Source: Candidatus Bathyarchaeia archaeon (lineage in GTDB: Archaea > Thermoproteota > Bathyarchaeia > Bathyarchaeales > Bathycorpusculaceae). Taken from it: a stretch of 64,000 bases of DNA. The notes under the pieces are model-generated. The model saw only the letters and a list, made by a program, of their open reading frames with translations, was not told the origin of the DNA and made no database searches. Shown one piece after another: positions 28,436 to 37,754 of this stretch. Both the position numbers and the translations under genes were made by a program. The DNA lies in assembly GCA_038883655.1 (NCBI GenBank), contig JAVZLQ010000001.1, forward strand, positions 327,208 to 391,207, given 5' to 3'. Numbering within the stretch: the first letter of the stretch is position 1; every line of letters starts with the position of its first letter.

Positions 28436-29755
28436 ATGAAGCTGGATTCTATTGGCGATTGGCGTAGGACGCATTATTCCGTGGAAGTTAAACCCGAATT
28501 GCACGGTTTAGACGTGACCCTTTTCGGTTGGGTTCAGGAAATTAGGGATTTGGGTGGAATCCGTTTTATAATATTGCAGGATAGAGAGGGCACCATTCAG
28601 ATCACGGTTCCCAAGAAAAGGGTCAACAGCGAAGTATTGTCGAAATGTCAAATGCTTCAGAAACGCTACAGCATAGGCGTTTTGGGAACAGTGCAGAAGA
28701 CGGAGGTCACGCCGCGAGGCGTCGAAGTGATACCGAAGGAAATTAGAATTTTCAGCACAGCCGTGCCCCAGCTGCCACTGGACATTACAGGTAAAACGCC
28801 AGCAAAGCTTGATGTGAGGCTTGACGCTAGAGCACTGGACTTGTGCAGCGAAGAGAACGTGGCTGTTTTTAAAATTCAACACACAGCCGTAGAGGCAATA
28901 CGTGATTTCTTGTTTGAAAGGGGTTTCATAGAAGTTCACACGCCAAGGATTATTGCTTCAGCCACAGAGGGCGGTGCGGCGCTATTCTCGGTTGATTATT
29001 TTGGTAGGAAAGCCTTTCTAGCCCAAAGCCCGCAGTTGTATAAGGAACAACTTGTCATGAGCCTAGAGAAAGTTTTCGAAGTAGGTCCATTCTTTAGGGC
29101 TGAGGAATCGCATACGCGGATGCACACAAGCGAGTTCGTTTCAATAGATATTGAACAAGCTTTTGCCGACGCTGAAGATGTTATGCAGCTGTTGGAGCAG
29201 TTGACTCAGCATGTCTGTAGGGTTGTAAACGAAAAGTGCAAGCGCGAATTAGCAACATTAAAACATAAGGTTCATGTTCCAGAAGTTCCGTTCAAACGCT
29301 TAACCTATAGCGATGTTCTTGAAGAGTTGAAAGGCGAAGGCATAGAAATTCCTTGGGGAGAGGACATACCGACACCAGCACTGCGAACGCTTGGCAAGAT
29401 TCACCCAACGTTCTACTTCATAACAGATTGGCCTACGCATTCTAAGGCATTTTACATAAAGCCGCGTGACGAAAACCCAGAAATATGTGAGGGATTTGAC
29501 TTGATGTGGCGGTGGTTGGAGCTTGTTTCTGGCGGAACAAGAATTGCGGATAAAGAATTGCTAATAAAACGTTTGAAAGAGAAAGGGTTGAACCCAGAGT
29601 CTTTCAAGTATCACTTGCAAGCTTTCGATTATGGTATGCCGCCGCATGCTGGTTGGGCAATTGGTTTGGAACGTCTAACAATGATGTTGACTGGAAAGAG
29701 AAACATTAGGGAAGTTACGCTTTATCCAAGAGACAAATTTAGAGTAACCCCATAA
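28436..29755 (+). CDS. aspS: Aspartate--tRNA ligase
   Basis: OB fold GWV.EIRDLGG, LAQSPQLYK, FRAE and YGMPPHAGWAIGLERL motifs. Confidence 0.96.
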   Translation: MKLDSIGDWRRTHYSVEVKPELHGLDVTLFGWVQEIRDLGGIRFIILQDREGTIQITVPKKRVNSEVLSKCQMLQKRYSIGVLGTVQKTEVTPRGVEVIPKEIRIFSTAVPQLPLDITGKTPAKLDVRLDARALDLCSEENVAVFKIQHTAVEAIRDFLFERGFIEVHTPRIIASATEGGAALFSVDYFGRKAFLAQSPQLYKEQLVMSLEKVFEVGPFFRAEESHTRMHTSEFVSIDIEQAFADAEDVMQLLEQLTQHVCRVVNEKCKRELATLKHKVHVPEVPFKRLTYSDVLEELKGEGIEIPWGEDIPTPALRTLGKIHPTFYFITDWPTHSKAFYIKPRDENPEICEGFDLMWRWLELVSGGTRIADKELLIKRLKEKGLNPESFKYHLQAFDYGMPPHAGWAIGLERLTMMLTGKRNIREVTLYPRDKFRVTP

Positions 29756-29874
29756 ATTTCTCATACTTTTGGAGCTTTTCCATTGTAATGGTGACCTCCC
29801 CCTCTAGGATTTTTCTGGTTTTATTTTATAGAGGGATGTTACAGAATGGATAAAGAGAAGTCCTCGAATTATTA

Positions 29875-30330
29875 TTGTGGAGGAAGGAGAGCCATATGAA
29901 AAGATATTATGCTCTATCCATTGCCATAGCCATTTCCCTTCTCACAATCAGCCTTTCAACTATACATTCTGAAGAAACGCAATGGCTTTGCTTCGCATGT
30001 GAAGGTGGCGGTGTTGTTGACAAAAAACCTTGTGAAACTTTCACAGTGCAAATAGCTTTCAAAAATACTGGAAATTGCGATAGTGCATGGTCTGTTAACA
30101 TAGCTTTTGAAGGCGAAACTTGGAGTTGGAGTGGAACATCGCAGATATTAACCCTTAAACCGTACAAGACAAAAACTTTAACATGGAGTGGTGCTGTTCC
30201 TCGCGACGCGCCAATAGACTCCGTAGCACGCCTAATAGTCTATTACAATGACTCTTTCACGCCTTTAAGCTGGTGGATTCACGTGGTTTCAGGTGCAGAG
30301 CTAACAATAACATCAAGTCAAGTGCGTTAG
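29875..30330 (+). CDS. Small secreted Ig/CARDB-like protein (likely start 29896)
   Basis: Signal peptide MKRYYALSIAIAISLL; F.NTG motif; beta-rich. Confidence 0.65.
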   Translation: MWRKESHMKRYYALSIAIAISLLTISLSTIHSEETQWLCFACEGGGVVDKKPCETFTVQIAFKNTGNCDSAWSVNIAFEGETWSWSGTSQILTLKPYKTKTLTWSGAVPRDAPIDSVARLIVYYNDSFTPLSWWIHVVSGAELTITSSQVR

Positions 30331-30440
30331 ACGTTGCTTAGCTTTTCGTTGTATCTTTGACTAAATTCCATCCTAACATTCAAAATGCGCAAATACTTAG
30401 TATTAAATCATAAATTTTAATTTGTCAATGCTATAAAAGC

Positions 30441-30989
30441 GTGGGAGTGGCTGTGGATATGGGAAAGGGCACTTTAGTAACGCCTTTGTATATTTCGGTT
30501 GCATGGATTTTACTTATCACTTATCAGTTGTTTACCCAAACAGCTGTTTCTACAGTTGTATCACATGTTAAGATGTTTTTGCCGCAGGTTGGCGAATGGT
30601 TGTCCTATAGGATGGATGTGATGGTTTTTGTTCACGCATTCGCGTGGATTTTCCTCTTGTCATCAGTTATTCCTTCGGTTCTACTTGGAAAGTATAGAAG
30701 CGTTCTTGTTCAGTTTGCGGTTTGCTTGACATTAACATTTTTGGCTTTCATAATACAGGATATTTTAAGGTTTTATAAGTTTGAGCCCTTAAGCCAAGTG
30801 TTCGGCCTATGCGTATTATTTGAGAATCCTTTCTTCGCTGTGCTTTATCTTTCAGTGCCGTACGTTTCAATGCTCGTTTTGGACTTGTACTTGCGGAGAA
30901 AACGTGTGGAAGACGAGGAATTTGAAAAGATTAAGGAAATCTACAAGAACCAAACAGCGACGACTTCTAAAAATAATCATAGAAGATAA
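30441..30989 (+). CDS. Multi-TM membrane protein
   Basis: Four hydrophobic helices and a charged tail. Confidence 0.7.
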   Translation: MGVAVDMGKGTLVTPLYISVAWILLITYQLFTQTAVSTVVSHVKMFLPQVGEWLSYRMDVMVFVHAFAWIFLLSSVIPSVLLGKYRSVLVQFAVCLTLTFLAFIIQDILRFYKFEPLSQVFGLCVLFENPFFAVLYLSVPYVSMLVLDLYLRRKRVEDEEFEKIKEIYKNQTATTSKNNHRR

Positions 30990-31040
30990 GGTTTAAATTT
31001 GCTATCTCAACCTATTCTTTTGACGTCTTAAACTGCTACG

Positions 31041-31118
31041 GCCCTGGTAGTATAGTCCGGTCTAGTATAAGCGGCTGTCGCCCGCTAGACCCGGGTTCAA
31101 ATCCCGGCCAGGGCGCCA
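31041..31118 (+). tRNA. tRNA-Asp(GTC), encoded CCA, no intron
   Basis: Acceptor stem GCCCTGG/CCAGGGC, anticodon arm AGCGG-CTGTCGC-CCGCT, T arm CCGGG-TTCAAAT-CCCGG. Confidence 0.97.
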
Positions 31119-31119
31119 T

Positions 31120-32985
31120 TTAATGTAGACTTTTATTGGCTGGTGTTTTTGACGGTTTTCTTTTGTGGTGGGTTATAGTGAGCGCTGATGTTGTTGTGGC
31201 GATTAGTAGTGTTAGCATGAGTACTGCTGGAAATTCTGGGATGACCGTGTATGGGTAGTAGCTTCCTGCACCATTTTGTTCCGCACCGTTTCCAGCGTAA
31301 TCGTATGCCAATATCTTGTATTTTATTAGCGTGTTTTCGGGATATCCTGGGATTTCCGTTTCGTACAATCCTATTGATTCGTTGAAGTGCATTTCGCATG
31401 GTATCCATGTGCCATTTTCGTTTACTTCGTAATATAGGGTGGCGTTTTTTATTCCTGTTCCAACATCGCTCATCAGAGCGAAGACTCGTACGGGCTGGTT
31501 TGGAAATACGTTGTCATGTGATGGACTTTGGATTGGTTGATAAATTGTTGGACTTATGTCGTCGAAGGTTATGTAAATTGTTTCCATTGAAGATGGATTG
31601 TTGAAGGAGTCGAAAGCTTGCGCTTGTACAATGTTTGAACCGAAGGTTAATGTGATGTTCTTGCTCCATGATGTTGTACCGACGGCGATACTCCACGAAC
31701 CATAGTTTACTCTAACTTTGACGCTTTTCACCTGCACATTGTCATATGCCGTTCCAGAGACTGTTACCATTGAATTGTTGGTAAACGTCATGTTTTCTGG
31801 GTAGGTTATCGTTACATACGGAGGGATGTTTTCGCTTCCAAAACAGTATAGATAACCGTCATCTGAGCCCACAAATATTTTTCCATCCGCTATTGCTGGT
31901 GATGAATCCACCCAGTCTTCGGTGGGTTGCTCCCATATCGTGTTCCCGTTTAGTAAGCTGCAACAGTAAACACTAAAGTGGGAACCTACGATGACTTTTG
32001 AATCTGCTGTGAGGCTTAACACTGGCGAGGTGAATATGGGCTGATAGAAGCCACGCCACCATAACATTTCACCGTTGTCAGCCCGCAGACAGTACAAATA
32101 TGCGCCAAAGGCTACGACCACTTTCCAGAAGCCAACGGCTGGAGGAAATAACGATGGACTTTGCACATTGCTTGTGAAGTTCCAAATATAGCCTCCAGTG
32201 GTCTGGTTTAGGCAGCGCAAAACTCCTGTTTGATTCGTGTAAGACACCATATCGCCTATGAAGATTCTTCCTTCATAAGCCACCGGCATCGTCCATGTCA
32301 TATAGTTTAAATGAGTATACCATAACAAGGCTCCAGTGGTCGCGTTCATGCAGTCAACTTCGTAACGTGCTGCGAAGATTCTGTCTCCGTCAAGAGAAAC
32401 GCCATAATACGCATCACAAGCAGCGTACCATATTTGGCTGCCAGTCGCGGCGTTTAAACACCATATTCCGCCTTCGTTACCCACATACACCTTGTCACCA
32501 GCCACGATCGGAGCAGAGTTAAGCCATGTGAAATTCCGTGATGTGGCAAACTTCCAAATATAACTTCCAGTGTAGGCGTCTAAACAGTAGACATTTGTGC
32601 CATTACATACGTAGACTTTACCGCTTGAAACTGCTGGAGCAAACGCGTTTATTCCCACAGTAAGATTATACCATAACGGAAGACCAGTTGTGGCGTTTAT
32701 ACATTGCAGGTAAGGCACTGTGATGTAGACTCGCCCATCTACGACAACAGGCGAAAAATAATAATATCCGTGCTCAGTTGAGAATTGGTAACGCCAAAGC
32801 GTCAAGTTGGAGATTGGTACTTCTGAGCCTGAACTGCCAGTTCTACAAGGGTCACATTGGAACATGTACCACCAATTGTCCGATGGGTTGCCATGGATTT
32901 TTATGCTTGTCGGAAGAAGAGAAGCCGCAAGCGTCAATATGAGCAGTGTAAGTGTGATTCTTTTAATTGCAATTTTCTTGTACAT
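31120..32985 (-). CDS. Secreted PQQ-like beta-propeller protein with Ig domains and PEF-CTERM sorting signal (start corrected)
   Basis: Repeated SP.V..G.VY....YCL.A.TG..IW blades; C-terminal VIPEFP followed by a TM and basic tail. Confidence 0.85.
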   Translation of the reverse strand: MYKKIAIKRITLTLLILTLAASLLPTSIKIHGNPSDNWWYMFQCDPCRTGSSGSEVPISNLTLWRYQFSTEHGYYYFSPVVVDGRVYITVPYLQCINATTGLPLWYNLTVGINAFAPAVSSGKVYVCNGTNVYCLDAYTGSYIWKFATSRNFTWLNSAPIVAGDKVYVGNEGGIWCLNAATGSQIWYAACDAYYGVSLDGDRIFAARYEVDCMNATTGALLWYTHLNYMTWTMPVAYEGRIFIGDMVSYTNQTGVLRCLNQTTGGYIWNFTSNVQSPSLFPPAVGFWKVVVAFGAYLYCLRADNGEMLWWRGFYQPIFTSPVLSLTADSKVIVGSHFSVYCCSLLNGNTIWEQPTEDWVDSSPAIADGKIFVGSDDGYLYCFGSENIPPYVTITYPENMTFTNNSMVTVSGTAYDNVQVKSVKVRVNYGSWSIAVGTTSWSKNITLTFGSNIVQAQAFDSFNNPSSMETIYITFDDISPTIYQPIQSPSHDNVFPNQPVRVFALMSDVGTGIKNATLYYEVNENGTWIPCEMHFNESIGLYETEIPGYPENTLIKYKILAYDYAGNGAEQNGAGSYYPYTVIPEFPAVLMLTLLIATTTSALTITHHKRKPSKTPANKSLH

Positions 32986-33080
32986 GTATTTCAAAGCCTT
33001 TTCCCAGTATGCCCATTTTGGTATTTTAAATTTTCTAGAAAGTTTATGAGCACGTTCAAAAAAGGTTATGGTGATAAGAG

Positions 33081-34469
33081 TTGAGGCTTTCTCATAGAAA
33101 AGCGGATGGCAGTTCTCCAAATGTCTGGCTACTTGACATACTGAAAGAGTCTGGCGCTGTTTCTGAAATTAATTACGACGAAAGCCAGATAATCACTAAG
33201 GCTTCGAGAAACGGTTTGTGCGTGATCTGCAAGGGTTCACGTTTTCTTTGCGGCAAAACTCGCTGTCCAATAATAGTGAAGGCTAACTATTTCCTGAAGA
33301 GTATACCGCTTATGCAAAGCGAAGAAATCACGGGGGCTTCGCCTCCAAGCGTCTTTGTTGGAAGAATTGGCTACCCATACGTCTATGCTGGACCACTTGT
33401 CCCACCAATTAGGGAAGACACAAGCCTATACGATTTGCCGGAATTCTGGTTTGGAAAGCCCATAGACGACATTGTTGGTTTTCGTTCTTTGCTGATAAGG
33501 GGCAAATATCGCGTTCACGTGCAGAAATTTGAGGCTGGAGGCAAGATTATTGAGAAGACACGTGAACTAGCTTTGGCTGTTAACCCAGTTGACGTCGAGT
33601 TAATGCTGAAGAAAAAGCCTAGAGGCTTCATCCTTCTAGATGATGAGGTTCAGCCCTTTGGTCCATCAGCACCAATAAAAAACATGCTTGTTGGCAACGC
33701 TAGATGGGACCACCAAATTGAAAAGGCATATTACGATACAGACTTGAGGGCAGCAGAGGCTGTGACAGAATTATACAGCAAAGGTGTGCTCGTAACAAAA
33801 ATTCAGAGAGCTTTCAGCGTCGGCGCTTTTGGCTTAAAAAGGAATAGGCGGCTTGTGCCAACGCGCTGGAGCATAACTGCTGTTGACAGTATAATCTCAA
33901 AACAGTTAATGGACAAAGTGAAGACTTTTCCAGAAATAAGCGAATACCGCGTTTATGAATCACGCTACCTAGACAACATCTTTGAAGTGCTCATGATTCC
34001 TGGCAAATGGAGCTACGAGGCTATTGAGGCATGGTATCCGGGAACCGTTTGGAACCCGAGCGGAAAAAGCGTTGTCATGTATTCGGATTGGGAAGGATAT
34101 GATGGAAGAACAACCTATGCGGAAATTGGCGGATGCTACTACGCGGCGCGACTAGCAGTTTGCGAGCAACTCGTCAAAGAGCAGAGACAAGCAACGGTTA
34201 TCGTTTTGCGTGAGGCTCATCCAGGCTACATAATGCCGGTTGGCGTCTGGCAAGTGCGAGAAAACGTCAGAAATGCCATGCGCCAAAAGCCTTATGCCTT
34301 TAATAGTTTGGACGAAGCCTTAAAATTCATTGCGAATAGGTTTCAAATTCCAATCAAACGATGGGTAATGCGCAGCGAACTTTTGAAGAATGCCCTTTTC
34401 CAAAAGAAGATAACAGACTTTTTAACAAGAAACCCCCACTGCACAGTCAAACGCCTAGCAAAAGATTAA
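33081..34469 (+). CDS. nreA: Nre-family DNA repair protein
   Basis: CVICKG...CG...CP, SPPSVFVGR.GYP, RRLVPTRWSITAVD, GGCYYAAR, PVGVWQVRE; C-terminal PIP box QKKITDFL. Confidence 0.93.
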   Translation: MRLSHRKADGSSPNVWLLDILKESGAVSEINYDESQIITKASRNGLCVICKGSRFLCGKTRCPIIVKANYFLKSIPLMQSEEITGASPPSVFVGRIGYPYVYAGPLVPPIREDTSLYDLPEFWFGKPIDDIVGFRSLLIRGKYRVHVQKFEAGGKIIEKTRELALAVNPVDVELMLKKKPRGFILLDDEVQPFGPSAPIKNMLVGNARWDHQIEKAYYDTDLRAAEAVTELYSKGVLVTKIQRAFSVGAFGLKRNRRLVPTRWSITAVDSIISKQLMDKVKTFPEISEYRVYESRYLDNIFEVLMIPGKWSYEAIEAWYPGTVWNPSGKSVVMYSDWEGYDGRTTYAEIGGCYYAARLAVCEQLVKEQRQATVIVLREAHPGYIMPVGVWQVRENVRNAMRQKPYAFNSLDEALKFIANRFQIPIKRWVMRSELLKNALFQKKITDFLTRNPHCTVKRLAKD

Positions 34470-34485
34470 AGTTAGACGGCGTTTA

Positions 34486-35136
34486 ATGGGCGGTTGGCGA
34501 TGGACCACGCGTAAAAAGAAGGGCGGAGTTTCAAAAGCTATCCGTGATTTTTTGAGAGGGTTATACACTGCCATTTACGGTTTTGTACTGCACTCTTTTA
34601 AGAGTATAAACCGCAAAGTGAAGTCTAAGTTTCCAGTCTGGCGCATGAAAGAAGAAACAACCGAGCATGTGCATGCTGCTGTTAAAGTTTTCAAATTTTT
34701 GATTTTGCCAGCAAGCCTAATCTTTGTATTTGCGAATTTCTACTTTTTCGGCGAAAATTCCATAGCCCCCATGCTGTGGGGTATACTCGTATTCTTCTAT
34801 AGCAATTTTCTTCCAGACTTGCCATCAATTTACAGAAAAAGGGGAAACAGTTCTGCCTACGAAGATCCGCCATGGTATAAAAAATATTTTATTCTGCTGT
34901 TTGCACCCATCATAATTTGGGTTTTATTTTCTGGAGTGCGCCTAAAATGGAAAACCATTGAAACCTTCCATAACTTCAGATCACTCACGATTTATGGCGC
35001 ATTTCTTCTCTTGATTGGATTTTTTGCGTTTGTTGAAAAACCTATTTCAATAGGAAACATTGTAGAGATTTCTTCTTTTCCGCTGTATGGTATGACTGGA
35101 TACTTAACGCATTTAAAGGTGGACAAAGTCTGGTAA
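34486..35136 (+). CDS. Membrane protein, possible metal-dependent hydrolase (YdjM-like)
   Basis: TM helices carrying LPD, FH and terminal THLKVD motifs. Confidence 0.5.
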   Translation: MGGWRWTTRKKKGGVSKAIRDFLRGLYTAIYGFVLHSFKSINRKVKSKFPVWRMKEETTEHVHAAVKVFKFLILPASLIFVFANFYFFGENSIAPMLWGILVFFYSNFLPDLPSIYRKRGNSSAYEDPPWYKKYFILLFAPIIIWVLFSGVRLKWKTIETFHNFRSLTIYGAFLLLIGFFAFVEKPISIGNIVEISSFPLYGMTGYLTHLKVDKVW

Positions 35137-35149
35137 AAAATGTATTTCT

Positions 35150-36115
35150 CTATGCCGTCACAACAGCTTGGAATACAACATAAACAATTATTAATGCCAA
35201 TCCGCCAAACTGAGAAACTCCACCTTTTGTAAGGTAACGCCAAAGAATGAGAGTCGTTATTAAAACAAATGGAACAATTTCTGCAAGTATTGAAAAATTG
35301 ATCAACTCAGGCGAAGAAAATAGCAGAACAATCCCCAAAATAAGGGTGATATTCGTCAGGTTTGAGCCAATTAAATCTCCAAGGGCAAGGTTAACTCGTC
35401 CCCTTCGAATAGCCGTTAAGTCAAGGGCAAGTTCCGGCATTGACGTACCTATGGCTATGATTTTTGCGCCTATTAGCACAGGCGCAGCTCCAAGTATTAT
35501 TGAGATGTTGGATGCTGACATAATTATAAGCTCGGCTGACAAAATAACCACGGCAATTCCAACAACTATCTTAAAAATGACGTTTTTCTTGCTAATCACT
35601 TCTTTATTGTTGGCTGTTTTATCATCAAGCGGTGCTTGCTTCCTCTTTTTTGTCATCTCACGAATGCTAAATATGAAGATGCATATGAGCGCCAATCCAA
35701 CTAAGGAGTGGGCTGCTCCAAAAACAACAAGTATTAGAGGAATTATGGATGAAAGGAACAGTATGTCAACAAGCTCTGTCAATAGTTCTGAGGAATTCTT
35801 CTTAAGAAAGCCCATGGTCGCCAAGATTCCAACAACAATTCCTATGTTAAAAACATTAGATCCCAATATATCGCCTACAGAGAATGCTGGTTTACCATGC
35901 AGAACAGAAGAGATAGCAACAAAAATTTCAGGAATACTTGTCATCACAGACATTAAAGCAAAACCAATAGAAGCCTCGCTGAGTCGCGTTAGCTCAACTA
36001 ACCGTTCAATCGATTTTATAGTGAACTGACTAGCCATGGCTAAAATGATTAGCGAAAGGGCTAATGCCAAAACATTAACTGCAAGATCAAACATTTCTAA
36101 ACCCGCGCGAATCAT
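35150..36115 (-). CDS. Na+/Ca2+ exchanger-family antiporter
   Basis: Alpha repeats TSIPE...GDILGSN and GTSMPE...GDLIGSN. Confidence 0.9.
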   Translation of the reverse strand: MIRAGLEMFDLAVNVLALALSLIILAMASQFTIKSIERLVELTRLSEASIGFALMSVMTSIPEIFVAISSVLHGKPAFSVGDILGSNVFNIGIVVGILATMGFLKKNSSELLTELVDILFLSSIIPLILVVFGAAHSLVGLALICIFIFSIREMTKKRKQAPLDDKTANNKEVISKKNVIFKIVVGIAVVILSAELIIMSASNISIILGAAPVLIGAKIIAIGTSMPELALDLTAIRRGRVNLALGDLIGSNLTNITLILGIVLLFSSPELINFSILAEIVPFVLITTLILWRYLTKGGVSQFGGLALIIVYVVFQAVVTA

Positions 36116-36216
36116 ATGAGCATATCAACGATCATATTTTTATTTTTCGCTTTCAAAGGTTTACGAAAATTCTTTAAGCGTTTCTGCCAAATTATGGGGA
36201 GGAAAGGTTTTGCGTC

Positions 36217-37455
36217 ATGGACCCCGTCACGCTTGCGTTGATACTGAGCGGTGCAATAATCGTTATCGGTTTTTTAGGCAATTACGTTTTTGAGCGAACA
36301 GGCTTTCCAGACATGCTGATACTAATAATCCTAGGAATACTTCTAGGACCGATTACAAATGTTGTTAATGCTGGGTCAATAATGGGTTTAGCGCCATATC
36401 TTGCTGCGTTAGCGCTTGTCTTCATTTTGTTTGACGGCGGGATGGCGATGAACATTTACCGTGTTTTTTCAGAAAGCCCGAGAGCAGTTGTTCTCGCAGT
36501 AGCTGGTTTTACATTTAGCGTCTTTGCAATAACTTTGGTCTTAATTGTTGCTCGCCCAGACATTCCGTTGCTCTATTGTGTGCTCTTTGGAACGATGTTC
36601 GGTGGCAGTAGCAGCATAATTGTATTTTCCATGGCTTCAAAGATTGGCTTAAATGAGAAATGTTCGACGGTGTTAAGCCTCGAATCTGCGATCACAGACA
36701 TTTTCTGCATAGTCTTTTCGCTAGTTGTTATTGAGATAATATTAAAGGGAACAGTTGACTTAATGTCGGTTAGTCAGTCCATAGCAAGCAGATTCTCAAC
36801 TGGAATCGTTTTAGGCTTCGTTTTCGGGTTGATATGGCTCACCATACTTCGGAAAGTTGCCATCGCATCTTACGCTTACATGCTAACATTAGCGGTAGTG
36901 CTCTTGGCCTACGCTTTCACAGAATTTTTAGGCGGAAGCGGTGCGCTTTGTTCGCTCCTTTTTGGCATAGTTCTTGGTAATGAAAAGGAGATTTATCGCA
37001 TATTAAAAATGGAGAGAACCCAAAGCGTGGTTGTTGATGCTGGACTAAAAAAGTTCGAGTCTGAAATTGCCTTTCTCTTGAGGACATTCTTCTTCGTTTA
37101 CATTGGTTTAATAGTAACAATAAGTGACTTCACAACAATCATAATTGGGATAATCCTATCTTTAGCACTACTCTTAACTAGATTCGGCGCAGTAACAATA
37201 GCAACAAAAGGCTCCAGCGAGCTAGCATGCGAACGCCCAATAATGAGCGTACTATTGACAAGAGGCTTGGCTGCAGCCGTTTTAGCAACACTACCAATGC
37301 AATACGCGGATACAACATCGTATCCAGAGGCTGGTCCAATCTTTCAAGCCTTGGGACCGCTTTACATAAACCTTGCAGTCATAATAATTCTCACCACTGC
37401 AATAATAGCTACTGTAGGGATTCCATTATTTAGACAAAAGAAAGGGTTACAATAG
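36217..37455 (+). CDS. Cation:proton antiporter (CPA1/NhaP-like)
   Basis: ILFDGG, LESAITD, FFFVYIG and RGLAAAVLA motifs; 12-13 TM helices. Confidence 0.9.
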   Translation: MDPVTLALILSGAIIVIGFLGNYVFERTGFPDMLILIILGILLGPITNVVNAGSIMGLAPYLAALALVFILFDGGMAMNIYRVFSESPRAVVLAVAGFTFSVFAITLVLIVARPDIPLLYCVLFGTMFGGSSSIIVFSMASKIGLNEKCSTVLSLESAITDIFCIVFSLVVIEIILKGTVDLMSVSQSIASRFSTGIVLGFVFGLIWLTILRKVAIASYAYMLTLAVVLLAYAFTEFLGGSGALCSLLFGIVLGNEKEIYRILKMERTQSVVVDAGLKKFESEIAFLLRTFFFVYIGLIVTISDFTTIIIGIILSLALLLTRFGAVTIATKGSSELACERPIMSVLLTRGLAAAVLATLPMQYADTTSYPEAGPIFQALGPLYINLAVIIILTTAIIATVGIPLFRQKKGLQ

Positions 37456-37525
37456 GCTCGTTTTAGGTCTGCTTGGACAAAATTTTTATACAAATAATCG
37501 CAATTATAAATCCGAGGTCACTACA

Positions 37526-37579
37526 GTGGCCAAATCGAAGGCAAAGAAGAAAAAGGGAAAGGAAAAGAAAACCAAATAG
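37526..37579 (+). CDS. Candidate 17-aa lysine-rich micro-peptide (MAKSKAKKKKGKEKKTK)
   Basis: TTTTTATA ~35-40 nt upstream, SD-like GAGGT 7 nt before GTG, clean TAG, downstream T-rich tract. Confidence 0.45.
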   Translation: MAKSKAKKKKGKEKKTK

Positions 37580-37754
37580 AATGCTAGCAGTAGCTGCCTA
37601 AAACTCCCCATTTTTCTATTGCCCCAAAAAATTAAAGGCAAATAAGCTTTGAGACCTTTACAATGAGCGCTGTAAATGGCGAAAACGCACTCTCAAAAGT
37701 CTTCGCAAAGCATTTAAGTTATTGATGTCTTCTAAAATCTAGAATGGTGAACAA

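Noticed and set aside
35247-36029. 260-aa plus-strand ORF, and similar long antisense ORFs such as 6657-7292, 15643-16158 and 25629-26063
   Set aside because: Antisense shadows of well-supported genes, with no motifs of their own
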